Source: Octopus sinensis
Taxonomy: Eukaryota
Length of the DNA: 64,000 nt
Direction: 5' to 3'
Assembly: GCF_006345805.1 (NCBI RefSeq)
Contig: NC_042999.1
Coordinates: 23,436,001-23,500,000 of the forward strand
This document shows, piece by piece, positions 39,276 through 52,042 of the stretch. The notes below the pieces were generated by a model. The model did not search any database. It saw only the letters and a list, made by a program, of their open reading frames with translations, and was not told where the DNA came from. Positions within the stretch are counted from its first letter, which is position 1. Every line of letters begins with the position of its first letter. Both the position numbers and the translations under genes were made by a program.

Positions 39276-39410
39276 GGACGTGTGTACGAATGCATTAGAA
39301 ATGAACGATTGTGAGAAAGCGGCGGCGAGTACACGACAGATCAAAGGGGAAAAAAATAGAAGAGAAGGAAGAAAACGTAGGAGTACGAGGAAAAGGGTCA
39401 AAGTAATCAA

Positions 39411-39452
<42 letters not shown>

Positions 39453-40158
39453 TACATAAAACACTCGCAAAACATTAATAAAAACACCTGTTTTAAAAAC
39501 AAAAAGGCACAATAAATAAATAAAAAACATATTTAAGGTGGCTCTTAAGGTGGCATCCCCACCAGCCCTGCCGCGCACACACACATCTAACCCCTTCGAA
39601 ATTAAGAAGTGAGATAGGATGGGATGAGATGGGATGGGTCGGTTTAGTCAGATTTTTTTGTTTTTATCAGGCACGTAGCATTTCACTTTGATCTCTTACC
39701 GACCGACACAGGTAGACTAATTTAGATTAATAATAATAAGAATAATAATAATCCTTTCTACTATAGGCACAAGGCCTGAAATTGTGTGTGTTTGGGTGGG
39801 GGGCAGTTGAAAATTCTAACTGGGCCCCCATCTGCAAGGTCATGTGCTGTTTATTTTGATATGAGATCACCATGTCGTGCACAAATGATTGTGATACTTG
39901 TGCCTGGTGTACCCTTATCAGACGGGTAGCCATGATGGGTATACTGGGCTTTGTATATTTGTACCCCAGTGTCACTTTGATGGCATGCACTGCCCTCTCA
40001 CTCAATAATAATAATAATAATAATCATAATTTACTCCGTTTTTGTATCTGGTTTGCAAGATTCCTTATGTGAATTCGTGTGTTGAAACAAACTTTATTGT
40101 GTCTGGGGAGAGCCATAGAGCCTTAATATAACGCACCGGTTTAATTCCCACTCGTTTT

Positions 40159-40386
40159 TTTATTGCTCACAAGGGGCTAAACGTAAGGGGGACAAACAAG
40201 GACAGACAGAGGGATTAAGTCGATTATATCGACCTCAGTGCGTAACTGGTACTTATTTAATCGACCCCGAAAGGATGAAAGGCTAAGTCGACCTTGGCGG
40301 AATTTGAAATCAAGAACGTAACGGCAGACGAAATACCGCTAAGCATATCGCCCAGCGTGCTAACGTTTCTGCCAGCTCGTCGCCTT
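40159..40386 (-). mobile_element. SINE S3
   Basis: Same core and head as 32609. Confidence 0.85.
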
Positions 40387-40755
40387 GGAAAAAAGTAATG
40401 CTTTTTACAATACTTGATGGAAAAGTAATACTTCAAATCATTCCAAACATTTTTCTATACTCACTCTTTTGGCAATGAAGTTTTTCAAGAGGATGTCTAA
40501 AGTGTTTCCTTTGCATAAGTTTAATTTCCACTCTTCTCCTATTTATTCCAGAAATGAGTGCAAATTGATCCGGTGTTTTATATGAAGGCGTTATGACTCT
40601 CACCAGACACAACAAAATAACGATAATTCTTTCTGTACTACAGGATTTATTACGCAGGCAATAAACAAATCTTTGAACCTTATGTTTAACCTACGTTATG
40701 TTTTCAAAGGAAAGAATTCTTGACAGTCTCTGTATTTCTCTCTCTCTTCCTTTAA

Positions 40756-41080
40756 GGAGCACTCCGTCGGTTACGACGACGAGAGTCCAAGCTGATACGA
40801 TCAACGGAACAGCTTGCTCGTGAAATTAACGTGCAAATGGCTGAGCATTCCACAGACACGTGTACCCTTAACGTAGTTCGCAAGGAGATTCAGCGTGACA
40901 CAGAGTGTGACAAGGCTGGCCCCTTTGAAATACTGGTACTACTCATTTTTGCCAGCTCAGTGGACTGGAGCAACGTGAAATAAAGTGTCTTGCTCAAGGA
41001 CACAACGCGTCGCCGGGAATCGAACTCACAACCTTACGATCATGAGCCGAATGCCCTAACCACTAAGCCACGCGCCCTCA
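40756..41080 (-). mobile_element. SINE with an S1-type 3' tail and a different head/core
   Basis: Tail shared with S1; core 'gtgtccttgagcaagacactttatttcacgttgctccagtccact'; probable TSD tctctgtattt (40727-40737 / 41082-41092). Confidence 0.8.
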
Positions 41081-41264
41081 CTCTCTGTATTTATAACCAA
41101 ATATCGGCACAAAGCGTTGTGGGAGCATCAATCCGGTAGTTCGACCAGGTAGAAGTAACAACCAAATTTCCATCAAATCACACTCTTCTGCTTTAGAGAA
41201 AAAGAAACAGAATGTTGTCCTAGATAGTAAAAAAAAATAAAGTAAAATTACCTTCTCGAGTCAT

Positions 41265-41491
41265 ACTTTCCCATAAGGGCTGGCTTCCCGGTTTCATGGC
41301 GCATATTCCCCACCTGGACGGGACGCCGATCCATCGCAAGATTACTCATTTTTGCTAGCTGAGTGGACTGGAGCAACATGAAATAAAGTATTTTGCTTAA
41401 GAACACAACACTTCGACCGGTCCAGGAATTGAAACCCACAATCTTATGATCATGAGTCCAACACTCCTAACCACTAAGCCACGCGCCTCCA
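41265..41491 (-). mobile_element. SINE with the same head/core as 40756 but a different tail
   Basis: Shares 'ttactcatttttgc.agct.agtggactggagcaac.tgaaataaagt'. Confidence 0.7.
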
Positions 41492-41511
41492 CTGTCCTGG
41501 ATATTGTAGAG

Positions 41512-41800
41512 TAGTGGTTCCCAGAGTAGGCAGTACCATCCTCCTTTGGGGCTGGTGGAAAGATCCAAGGGGTGTTGAAGAAAAGTGGGTGACCAAAAGG
41601 GGGTGACCAAAATGGGATGCCATGGATGTAAAAACGACAGAATAATGGGCTCATTAGTTTAAGTTTTATTTGTGAAATGCAGTTGTCATGGGTTTGCTGC
41701 AGAAGTGGTCTATGCTTGTAGTGGTGAGTGAAATGGGGCCGCTAGGAATGTGGCCCGCGTGCCGAAGGGGCGGCAGACCGAAAATGTTTGTGAATCACTA
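41512..41800. mobile_element. hAT (Charlie-like) MITE
   Basis: TIRs TAGTGGTTCCCAGA / TTTGTGAATCACTA; 8-bp TSD ttgtagag / atgtagag (7 of 8 match). Confidence 0.75.
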
Positions 41801-41922
41801 ATGTAGAGTGAAGGCGCGTGGCCCGTTGGTTAGAGTGTTGCACTTACGTTCGCAAGATTGTGTTTTCGGTTCCTGGACCGGACGGCGCATGGTGTTTTTG
41901 AGCAGAACATTTTTATTTCACA

Positions 41923-42314
41923 CTAGCAGTATCGCCCGGCGTTGCTGGGTTTGTAAGGGAAATAACTATATAAGCATTTTTAGAGAGTTATAGCTAAAAA
42001 ATAGCAAAAAAATGCTTTAAAAATGGAAAAAAAATTATGGTAATTTTTTTAAAATCGTTGACTCATCGTAGACATTTTTAGAGAGTTACTTCCCTTATAT
42101 TTAAAATAATATGCATTAAAATGGAAAAAATGATGGTAAATTATTTTAAAAATTGTAGACTCATCATAGACGCGCGCTAATACCTAGAAGGGCTCGATAT
42201 GAATCACGACTATAAGATACCCGCCTTTGGTTACACTGCATCGCAAAATGTGGGAGTAGTTAGGAATCTAAATCGTAGGAGACAGACACACAACTTGACT
42301 TTTATATATAAAGA
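41923..42314 (-). mobile_element. Non-autonomous Helitron, shorter relative of 27946-28582, inserted in a SINE core
   Basis: CTAG end at 41923 and TC start at 42314; the flanks rejoin as 'tttatttcaca|tttgcttcagtccgctcagctgtaaa'. Confidence 0.85.
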
Positions 42315-42494
42315 TTTGCTTCAGTCCGCTCAGCTGTAAAAGAGGAACCTCGCGACGGAACTGGTGTGTCTCGTTTCATGGGTAATGTTGTGATCCCGAT
42401 CACTTATACATCATGGAAGCCCGGGTAACCAGCCTGAACCAGTTCTACGAACTCGAGGCAGAAATGTCCAGAAGTAGCTGTTGTTATCGTTGAT

Positions 42495-42525
42495 CATGAT
42501 GATGATGATGAAAATGACGATGACT

Positions 42526-42574
<49 letters not shown>

Positions 42575-42671
42575 CGATGATGACAATGATGATGATGACG
42601 ACGACGATGATGACAATGATGATGACGACGACGATGGTGATGATGATGATGACGATGACGATGATGATGAC

Positions 42672-42703
<32 letters not shown>

Positions 42704-42735
42704 CGATGATGATGATGATGATGATGAAGATGACT

Positions 42736-42781
<46 letters not shown>

Positions 42782-42847
42782 CGACGACGACGACGATGAT
42801 GAGATGATGATGATGATGATGATGATGACGATGACGATGATGATGAC

Positions 42848-42886
<39 letters not shown>

Positions 42887-42904
42887 GATGATGATGATGA
42901 CGAC

Positions 42905-42950
<46 letters not shown>

Positions 42951-43020
42951 TAGAAGAAGAAGAAGAAGAAGAAGAAGAAGAAGAAGAAGAAGAAGACAAT
43001 GACGATGATGATGATGGTGG
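42495..43020. repeat. (GAT)n/(GAC)n/(GAA)n trinucleotide array
   Basis: Directly visible. Confidence 0.95.
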
Positions 43021-43632
43021 TGGTATACTCCTGAATGTACACTATGCCTGAAAATATGACAGGATGGTCACAATTGGAATGCTATTGTTATTGATGTTGT
43101 TCAGCCCCAAGTTTTAAACAAACATTCAAATTTGAACGGTAATTGAACTCTTCTCAAGCTTCACCATAATGCATACAACACAATCCAACTAAAAGTGAGA
43201 GTAATCATCATGGGCGGCTCGATTTGCTAGAAATAGCAGCTAAATGGCTCTCACATCACACATCCTGCTTGCTACTTTAAGAAAGGAAATGATACATTTA
43301 ATATATTGTATTACTTGACACTACTCCCAGATACCCTTAAAAATTAGGGTAGATGTGGATTGTGATGGCCGGAATGTTTTTCATCAGATGTATGACCGAT
43401 CAAGATTGACCTGGGAAAATACATCAACAACCACGAAAAATAACATCAACAACAAAAAATAACGTCAACAACCAGAAAAATAACACCAGCAAGAACAAAA
43501 AATAACATCAACAACAACAAAAACAACACCAACAACAACAAAATATAGGATGATAAGAGAATACCTGAGATATTTTAAGAACTTGTCAGGTATCATATTA
43601 CCATTTTAGCATTTAATTTCTTCCTCATCTTC

Positions 43633-43840
43633 AAGGCGGCGAGCGTACAGGATCATTACCGCATCGGGCAAAATGCTTAGCGGTATTTCGTTCCTCTTTA
43701 TGGTCTGAGATCAAATTCCACCGAAGTTGACTTTGCCTTTCAAGATCGATAAAATAAGTACCAGTTGAGGAGTGGAGTCGATTTAATGGACTTACGCCTT
43801 CTCCTGAAATTGCTGGCCTTGTGTCAAAATTTAAAACCAA
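43633..43840 (+). mobile_element. SINE S3, diverged
   Basis: Head 'aaggcggcgagc', partial core. Confidence 0.75.
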
Positions 43841-43850
43841 TTTCTTGGTT

Positions 43851-44087
43851 ACTCTTTTAATCGTTTACTCTTTTACTTGTTTCAGTCATTTGACTGCTGC
43901 CATGCTGGAGCATCGCCTTTTAGTCGAGAGAATCGACCCCAGGACTTACTCTGTGTAAGCCTAGTACTTATTCTATCGGTCACTTTTTGCCGAACCGCTA
44001 GGTTACGGGGACGTAAATACACCAGCATCGGCTGTCAAGTGACGTTGGTGGACACAAACACAGACACACAAACATCTACACACACAT

Positions 44088-44172
<85 letters not shown>

Positions 44173-44397
44173 GTATGTATATCTAATATAGGATAGAATT
44201 TTTCGAAAAAATTCTATCAATGGCCAGCATATTAAAAAATACTTTTAAAGGTTAAATTTATAAACAATTTATAAGTAAGGACAAAACAAAAAATGTCTAA
44301 TGCCAAAATATGCCGAAAATAGACGCTACGTCAATAAACGTCTATTTTCGGCATATTTTAGCATTAGAACCTTTTTCTTTGCTCTTACTTATAAATT

Positions 44398-44432
<35 letters not shown>

Positions 44433-44600
44433 CATATATTCGACGGGCTTCTTTCAGTTTCCGTCTACCAAATCCACTGACAAGGATTTGGCCGGCCCAG
44501 GCTATAGTAGAAGACACTTGCCCAAAGTGCCATGCAGTGGGACTGAACCCGGAAACATGTGGTTGGTAAGCAAGCCACTTACCACAGAGCCACTCCGCCT
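43851..44600 (-). mobile_element. Composite SINE S2 with an inserted hairpin segment in its microsatellite spacer
   Basis: Tail/body 43851-44070 and head 44441-44600, separated by (CA)/(TA) and palindromes at 44192-44403. Confidence 0.8.
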
Positions 44601-45165
44601 ATTTTTTTTAAAAAAAAGGAATACCATCCTACAATACTTTAAAGAATGAATCACAATTCATTATTTACCCAATTGTTTTAAGACTGAAAAAGAGTATTTA
44701 GGGTGTTGGCCAATATGATATTGTCCACCTTTTATCTGAAGCAACATCAACTAATATTTCACATCAATTACATTCATAATTTGCACATATAAGCGCATGA
44801 GTGGCTGTGTGGTAAGTAGCTTGCTTACCAACCACGTGGTTCTGGGTTCATTCTCACTGCGGGATACCTTGGGCAAAGTGACTACAACTATAGCCTCGGG
44901 CCGACAAAAAGCCTTGTGAGTGGATTTGACAGACGGAAACTTAGACGTTAGCTTAGAAGAAGAATTCACGTACTTATTAAGAAAAAGAAAAAGAAAAAAC
45001 CGAAAGATATGTAACATACATGCATATATATATGATTGATTGATTGATTCCAGTTCCAGCCTATGAGCTGTGGCCATGCTGGGGCACCGCCATATACATA
45101 CATAAATATATATACATACCAACATGTACATAGATGCATACATGTATGTATACATACATGCATAC

Positions 45166-45200
<35 letters not shown>

Positions 45201-45296
45201 ATTATAATTTCAAGAATTGAGGGTAAAATTAATTAATTATTAATCAATTTCACCAAGTATTCAGTATGTAAAGGGACCATTATAGGCGAATTCAAA

Positions 45297-45553
45297 ATAT
45301 TACATTATATATAAGGGCTTAGTAAAATAAATTACTTTGCCACATACTGAACTCATTAGAAATAGCAGCTAAAGAAATTTCTTCAGCTATTTCTAATACT
45401 TAAAGAAGATCTCTCTCAGATAGATCTCTATCTGAGAGAGATCTTCTTTAAGTATTAGAAATAGCTGAAGAAATTCTTTAGCTGCTATTTCTAATGAGTT
45501 CAGTATGTGGCAAAGTAATTTATTTTACTAAGCCCTTATATATAATGTAATAT
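45297..45553. repeat. Near-perfect palindrome (128/127-bp arms, 2-nt spacer)
   Basis: Centre 'cagataga tc tctatctg'; one homopolymer indel; the right arm runs into (TA)n. Confidence 0.92.
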
Positions 45554-45556
45554 ATA

Positions 45557-45592
<36 letters not shown>

Positions 45593-46359
45593 TACGTATA
45601 CATGTATACATACATGCATGCACACATGCATTCATGCATGCATACATACATACATATAGACAGACACACACACATACACAAGCCTACATAGATATATACA
45701 TACATATGTACACAAACACCCATCCATACACATGCATACATACATTCATACACATGTGTGCACATGTATGCACATACATACACACACAAACCTACATACA
45801 TGCTTGCATACATGCATACATACACACTTACATACATACACATGTATACACACACACACAAACCTACATGCATACATGCATACATACACATGTATACACA
45901 CACACACAAACCTACATACATACATGCATACATTCATATATACATGCTTACATATACACTTACATACACACACATACAATACATAACGATAAATCAGATA
46001 ATGCGAAATGACTCAAGATAAATCCCCAAACGGTAGAAAGAATTTATAAGTATTTTAAACATATCAGGTATACAGGTGTCTCCTGAAATACAGGTGTGTA
46101 GGCACGAAGGGTTCACATAATACCTAGATAAAGGTAGGCTGACACATAGGTGTGTTCATTATATATTTTTTTACTAATTCATGGTGAGACGTTTGCTAAA
46201 CGCACTCAGACATCACGAGCATACAAAGCATATACACATCACAGACGAGAGTCTGTATTCGTAGATAACGAATACGACCACGGTAGTATGATAATGCAAT
46301 CTTGAAAGGGTGCAACCTTGTCAGGTAAGAAGCAGTAAATATTCAGAAGCTGACAACAC

Positions 46360-46620
46360 ACACACCACACACACACACATATATATATGCATTTATACAC
46401 ACACACACACACACATATATATATATGCATTTATACACGCATACACACACACACATATATATATATGCATTTATACACGCATACACACACACACATATAT
46501 ATATATGCATTTATACACGCATACACACACACACACACATATATATGCATTTATACACGCATACACACACACACATATATATATATGCATTTATACACGC
46601 ATACACACACACATATGTAT
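46360..46620. repeat. ~36-42 bp minisatellite built from (TA)/(CA)
   Basis: About 6 copies of 'atatatatgcatttatacacgcatacacacacac'. Confidence 0.85.
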
Positions 46621-46694
46621 ATACATATAACATATACATATATACACAAATATTTCTATGTATATGTATGGATATATATAGATATATAAAATAT

Positions 46695-46737
<43 letters not shown>

Positions 46738-46803
46738 TATAATTATATATATAACATATATATCTACATATATATATATATATATATATATATCACACAT
46801 ATA

Positions 46804-46846
<43 letters not shown>

Positions 46847-47003
46847 CATATATATAAATACATATATATGTATATATATATATGCATTATACACGCATAC
46901 ACACACCACACACACACACACATAATATATAACATATAACATATACATATATACACAAATATTTCTATGTATATGTATGGATATATATATATATATATAT
47001 GTA

Positions 47004-49310
47004 TAAATCCTTAAATCCTTAAAAATGATTCAGCCCGAAGGCCGCGGCCATGCTGGGACACCACCATTGAATGAGCTACACTAGTATGTGAATCCACCTC
47101 TGATACGTGGCACTTGGTCAACAAGGGAGTTCAATGCCGCTGCCCGCATCTGTGTCTCCTGCCGAGAGGTAGGTTCATCTGGGACCCCTGGCAAGAAGAG
47201 ATCCAGTTTAGTTTTAAAGAAACCCACATCCACATCATGCAAGTCTCTCAGGCATTTAGGGAGGATGTTGAAGAGCTGTGGTCCTCTGAAACCCAAGCTG
47301 TTGCAGTATCTGGTCCTGTATTTTGATGGTGATGTTGGAATCTTTGGCACCATGCAGTGGCGCCCCGTTCTGCAGTTGGGGTAACTTTGAATGCCAAAGT
47401 TTGGGACAAGACCATCCAGGATTTTCCAGATGTATATCACTGCATATCTCTCCCACCTTCGCTCTAGGGAGAAGAGTTTTAATACTTTCAGTCTTTCCCA
47501 GTAGCTGATATGTTGCATGAAGACGATCTTCTTAGTGTAGCTTCTTTGAATTGCTTCGAGTTCTGCTGTTAGCTTTATATTGTGTGGTGACCATAGTTGG
47601 GAACAGTAGTCCAAGCGGCTTAGGATGAAAGTTTTCCAAAAGACCATCAGTGTGTCCTTCTCTCTTGTTCTGAAAGTTCGGAGAATCCATCCGGCTAGCC
47701 GTCTGCATTTTATCACCAAATTAGTAATATGCACTTGAAAAGATGCATCATTGCTCATGTCAATGCCCAGGTCACACATTGATTTTTACTCAGGAATTAC
47801 AATTCTTCCCGGGCCAGCGTATCCAGTCTGCCTGTCGTTTACCTTTGTGTGCCGGTAGCGCAGGGCCTGGAACTTCCCTGCATTAAACTGCATGTTGTCC
47901 TCAGCCCACCTGTATATTGTATCCAACTCCTGTTGCAGATGTGTAATATTTTCAGGGTTTTGTATTGTGGGAGACTTTTGTGTCATCTGCGTAGCTAGCA
48001 AGGGTGGCCATCTTAGCAACTGAGGGCATGTCTGAAAGGGCCACTATGAACAGCAGTGGCCCCAAGACAGTGCCCTGTGGAACACCGCTTGTTATTTGTG
48101 TTTCTTGGAGGTGGCTCCATTGGCCACAACTGCTTGCCTTCTATCTTTTAGGAAGTTGTGCAGCCACTCTCCAAGTTTTCCCGCTATGCCGAGACACGCA
48201 GTTTGTGACAGATCATACCATGGTCGACTTTATCAAAGGCTTTTGCAAAGCGAGATATATCACATCTACATTTGAGTCATTAGTAGCTGTTTTAACACCA
48301 GTCATAGTGTTGCAGGAGCTGTGTTAGGCAGCTTCTACCTGGTCAAAATCCATGCTGGGTGTCAGTCAGCAAGTCATTTTCTTCAAGGAACATGATTGGT
48401 TTCTTGCAGACTATTCGTTCCATGACTTTGCTGATGTGTGAGGTCAGAGAGATAGGCCTATAATTTTTAGCATCTGCTCTGCTTCCTCCCTGATAGATAG
48501 GGCATATTACCCCCTCTTTCAATTTGACTGGGAGCTTACCACCTGCAAGAAAGCTTTGAAAAAGAAGCTGTAGCGGTTTTTCAAGGGCTCGTTTGCACGA
48601 TTTCAGAAGGATCGCTGGAAATCCATCAGGTCCAGCAGCTGAGTTTGTGTCAATCTCATCTATGGCCAGTGTGATATCATCATCTTCAATGTTGATATAC
48701 TCAATTTTTGCCTCTTTGGCCACAGGTAAAGTGGCAAAGAATTATTCTGGGCTGTTTACTTGCCTGTGTCCTAGAGGTGTAGTGAACACACTTTGGAACT
48801 GTTCGTTCTGTATTTCACTTATCCTCATGGGATTTCCTGTGAGGGAGCCATCTTTTTGGAAGAGTGGTCCTATTTTCTGGCGCACTGTGGCTGTCTCTTT
48901 GGCAAACTTAAAGAAAGCTTTAGGGTTTGACTTTATATTTTCTATTACCCAAGCTTCTTTATCTGCTCTCTCCTTTTCCTGAGACTGATGCAGACTTTTC
49001 TCAATTTCCATTAGCATTCTCTCAAGCCGAGACATCTCACCACTTTTGGTGTGCTTGCTCAGGCGGTTTGCAATCCTTGTCCGTCGTCTCATAAGAATCG
49101 TCCCTTCTCTAGGGATCCTGTTTTTGTTTTTGTGTGTGCTGGCTCTGCTCACTGGGACATATTTGTCACATATGGCTTGTATTATGGACATGAAACATTT
49201 GTGTTTCATGTCAATGTCTGGTGTGGAGAGATATTTAGGCCAATCCTGTTTGAGGATCTCTTTCTCAATCAACTCCCAATTTGCTTTATGAAAGTTTAAT
49301 TTGGAGAGAT
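47004..49310 (-). mobile_element. CR1-like (CR1/L2 group) LINE, 5'-truncated, intact 3' end
   Basis: ORF2 fragments, 3' UTR stem-loop CGGCC-TTCG-GGCTG and an 8-bp tail repeat (AAGGATTT)2. Confidence 0.9.
47081..49310 (-). pseudogene. CR1-like ORF2 (linker, reverse transcriptase, C-terminus), frameshifted
   Basis: LNFHKANW linker; 'AAGPDGFPAILLK', 'NYRPISLTSHISKVMERI', 'SGVPQGTVLGPLLF' (near 48072), YADD at 47982-47993, 'LFSLERRWERY'. Confidence 0.9.
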
Positions 49311-49510
49311 TCCAATGAAAGAACTATGGATCTATGTTAGAAACCGGCTTTTTCTCTATTGGCAAGAAATCTTGGAATAAAACTGAACAATGATATACAT
49401 ATATACATACATACGTACATATGTACATACAAGCATGCATACACACGTACACACATACATACAGCTAGCCCGACATATAAATAAATAAATAAATAAATAA
49501 ATAAATATAT

Positions 49511-49678
49511 AGGCGCAGGAGTGGCTGTGTGGTAAGTAGCTTGCTAACCAACCACATGGTTCCGGGTTCAGTCCCACTGCGTGGCATCTTGGGCAAGTGT
49601 CTTCTGCTATAGCCCCGGGCCGATCAATGCCTCGTGAGTGGATTTGGTAGACGGAAACTGAAAGAAGCCTGTCGTATG

Positions 49679-49720
<42 letters not shown>

Positions 49721-49952
49721 TGTTTGTGTATATGTTTGTGTGTCTGTGTTTGTCCCCCATAGCATTGCTTGACAACCGATGCTGGTGTGTTTACGTCCCC
49801 GTCACTTAGCGGTTCGGCAAAAGAGACCGATAGAATAAGTACTGGGCTTACAAAGAATAAGTCCCGGGGTCGATTTGCTCGAACTAAAGGCGGGTGCTCC
49901 AGCATGGCCGCAGTCAAAAATGACTGAAACAAGTAAAAAGAGTAAAAAGAGT
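49511..49952 (+). mobile_element. Composite SINE S2, young full copy
   Basis: Near-consensus sequence. Confidence 0.9.
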
Positions 49953-49978
49953 ATATATATATATATAATATATATATT

Positions 49979-50021
<43 letters not shown>

Positions 50022-50131
50022 CGTGTTTGTTGTGTATGTATGTGCGTGTGTGAACATGTGTGTATATAAATACATAGATGTATGCATGCATATATATACA
50101 CACAATACATATGTATATATATATTTACATG

Positions 50132-50168
<37 letters not shown>

Positions 50169-50344
50169 ACACACACACAACATACATATATGCAATATAT
50201 CATATATATATATATATATATACACACACACCACATACATATATGCAATATATATATATATATACACAAACACACATACATATATGCAATATATATATAT
50301 ATATTATAATATATATATATATTACACACACACATACATATATG

Positions 50345-50409
<65 letters not shown>

Positions 50410-50489
50410 ACCATATATGTATATAGGCACACACATTATATATGTACTCATGAACTCAGGAGTAACGATGAAATAAGAAATCTGTCGGC

Positions 50490-50755
50490 GAGCCTCTGTG
50501 TGGAAATTAGGTTTGGCTGTGATTATGTGTGGGGTCACGCGGGTAGGCTATGCATGATAAGACAAAGAAATTCTATAGGAGGGGGGTGTCACTGTGTGAA
50601 GACGACGGCGTGTCTTTGTTTTCCCATTTAAGGAGAAAATGTAATAGGAAGATTAACAACACACACTCACACATTCTTTGTTTGGGCCTGTGCTGTCCAT
50701 AATGTTTTCTTGGTGTACGCCCTTGTGGTTAATAAAGAAATCATTATCATTATTG
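50490..50755 (+). mobile_element. Tx1/L1-like 3' end fragment
   Basis: 'HLRRKM' relic; 3' UTR homologous to minus-strand 54320-54420, AATAAA at 50731, (ATT/GTT)n tail. Confidence 0.5.
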
Positions 50756-50921
50756 TTGTTGTTTTTGTTGTTGCTGCTGTTTTGTTTGTTTGTTTGTTGT
50801 TGAGCGAAGCGGTCTTCGTCCTCTTGGGAGAATTCCGAAACGCGGTCCTTTGCTATTCGTAAGACCCGCAGAAGAGAAAGCAGGTCAACTCCCGACACCG
50901 AGAGCATCGACGGATGGATGA

Positions 50922-51284
50922 ATGCTGGAGCACCGCCTTTAATCGAGCAAATCGACCCGGGAATTCTCTTTGTAAGCCAGAGTACTTACTTTCTATCGGT
51001 CTCTTTTGCCGAACCGCTAAGTAACGGGGACATAAACACACCAGCATCGGTTGTCAAGCAATGCTAGGGGGACAAACACAGATACACAAACGCACACACA
51101 TATATATACATACATATATACGACAGGCTTCTTTCAGTTTCCGCCTACCAAATCCACTCACAAGGCATTGGTCGGCCCGGGGCTATAGCAGAAGACACTT
51201 GCCCAAGATGCCACGCAGTGGGACTGGACCCGGAACCATGTGGTTGGTTAGCAAGCTACTTACCACACAGCCACTCCTGCGCCT
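50922..51284 (-). mobile_element. Composite SINE S2, tail truncated
   Basis: Body and head present. Confidence 0.85.
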
Positions 51285-51444
51285 ATATATATATACTCAT
51301 TTTAAAATTTAGAAAATGCAAATGTAACTAGGGTTCTGCAAAAGGTTCTTAGGGGTTAAAGAGTGAGATAAGCTAATGCTAATTACATGATTATATTATT
51401 ACTATGCATGCACAACATATTATTGGTTATTGTAATATAGACAT

Positions 51445-51829
51445 GCCGATGAGCTGGCAGAAACGTTAGCACGCCCGGCGAAATGCTTAGAAGTATTTCG
51501 TCTGCCGCTACGTTCTGAGTTCGAATTCCGCCGAGGTCGACCTTGCCTTTCATCCTTTCGAGGTCGATTAAATAAGTACCAGTCAATCTACTTGACTTAA
51601 TCCGTTTGCCTGTCCTTGTTTGTCCTCTCTGTGTTTAGCCCATTGTGGGTAGTAAAGAAATAGGTTTTTCGTCTGTCTTTACGTTCTGAGTTCAAATTCC
51701 GCCGAGGTCGACTTTGCCTTTCATCCTTTCGGGGTCGATAAGTTAAGTACCAGTTGCTTAATGGGGTCTATGTAATCGACTGGCCCCCTACTCCCAAATT
51801 TCGGGCCTTGTGCCTAGAGTAGAAAATAA
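51445..51829 (+). mobile_element. SINE S3 with a 14-bp TSD
   Basis: TSD tgtaatatagacat at 51431-51444 and 51830-51843; duplicated core. Confidence 0.9.
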
Positions 51830-52042
51830 TGTAATATAGACATCATTCTAGCTAACCTACTGTTATCAAAAAAGTATAACAATCATATATCTCTATATAT
51901 ATATATATGATATTTCCCACGTGGACTACGATGGAAAGATATGGTATAATTTTTTTTTATGCAGGGGTTCCTTGAGACATGTAATTTATTTTAATGGTTA
52001 CACATTAAATATAATTTATTAACTGGAAAAATTCAACATATT

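Noticed and set aside
38462-39584. Long ORFs (290-367 aa) rich in His/Thr or Val/Cys
   Set aside because: They are translations of a (TG)n-derived array, open in several frames on both strands; no coding signal.
42481-43042. Poly-Met/Asp/Ser/His ORFs (also 11186-11744, 23206-23703 and 53361-53657)
   Set aside because: Trinucleotide microsatellites without stops in some frames.
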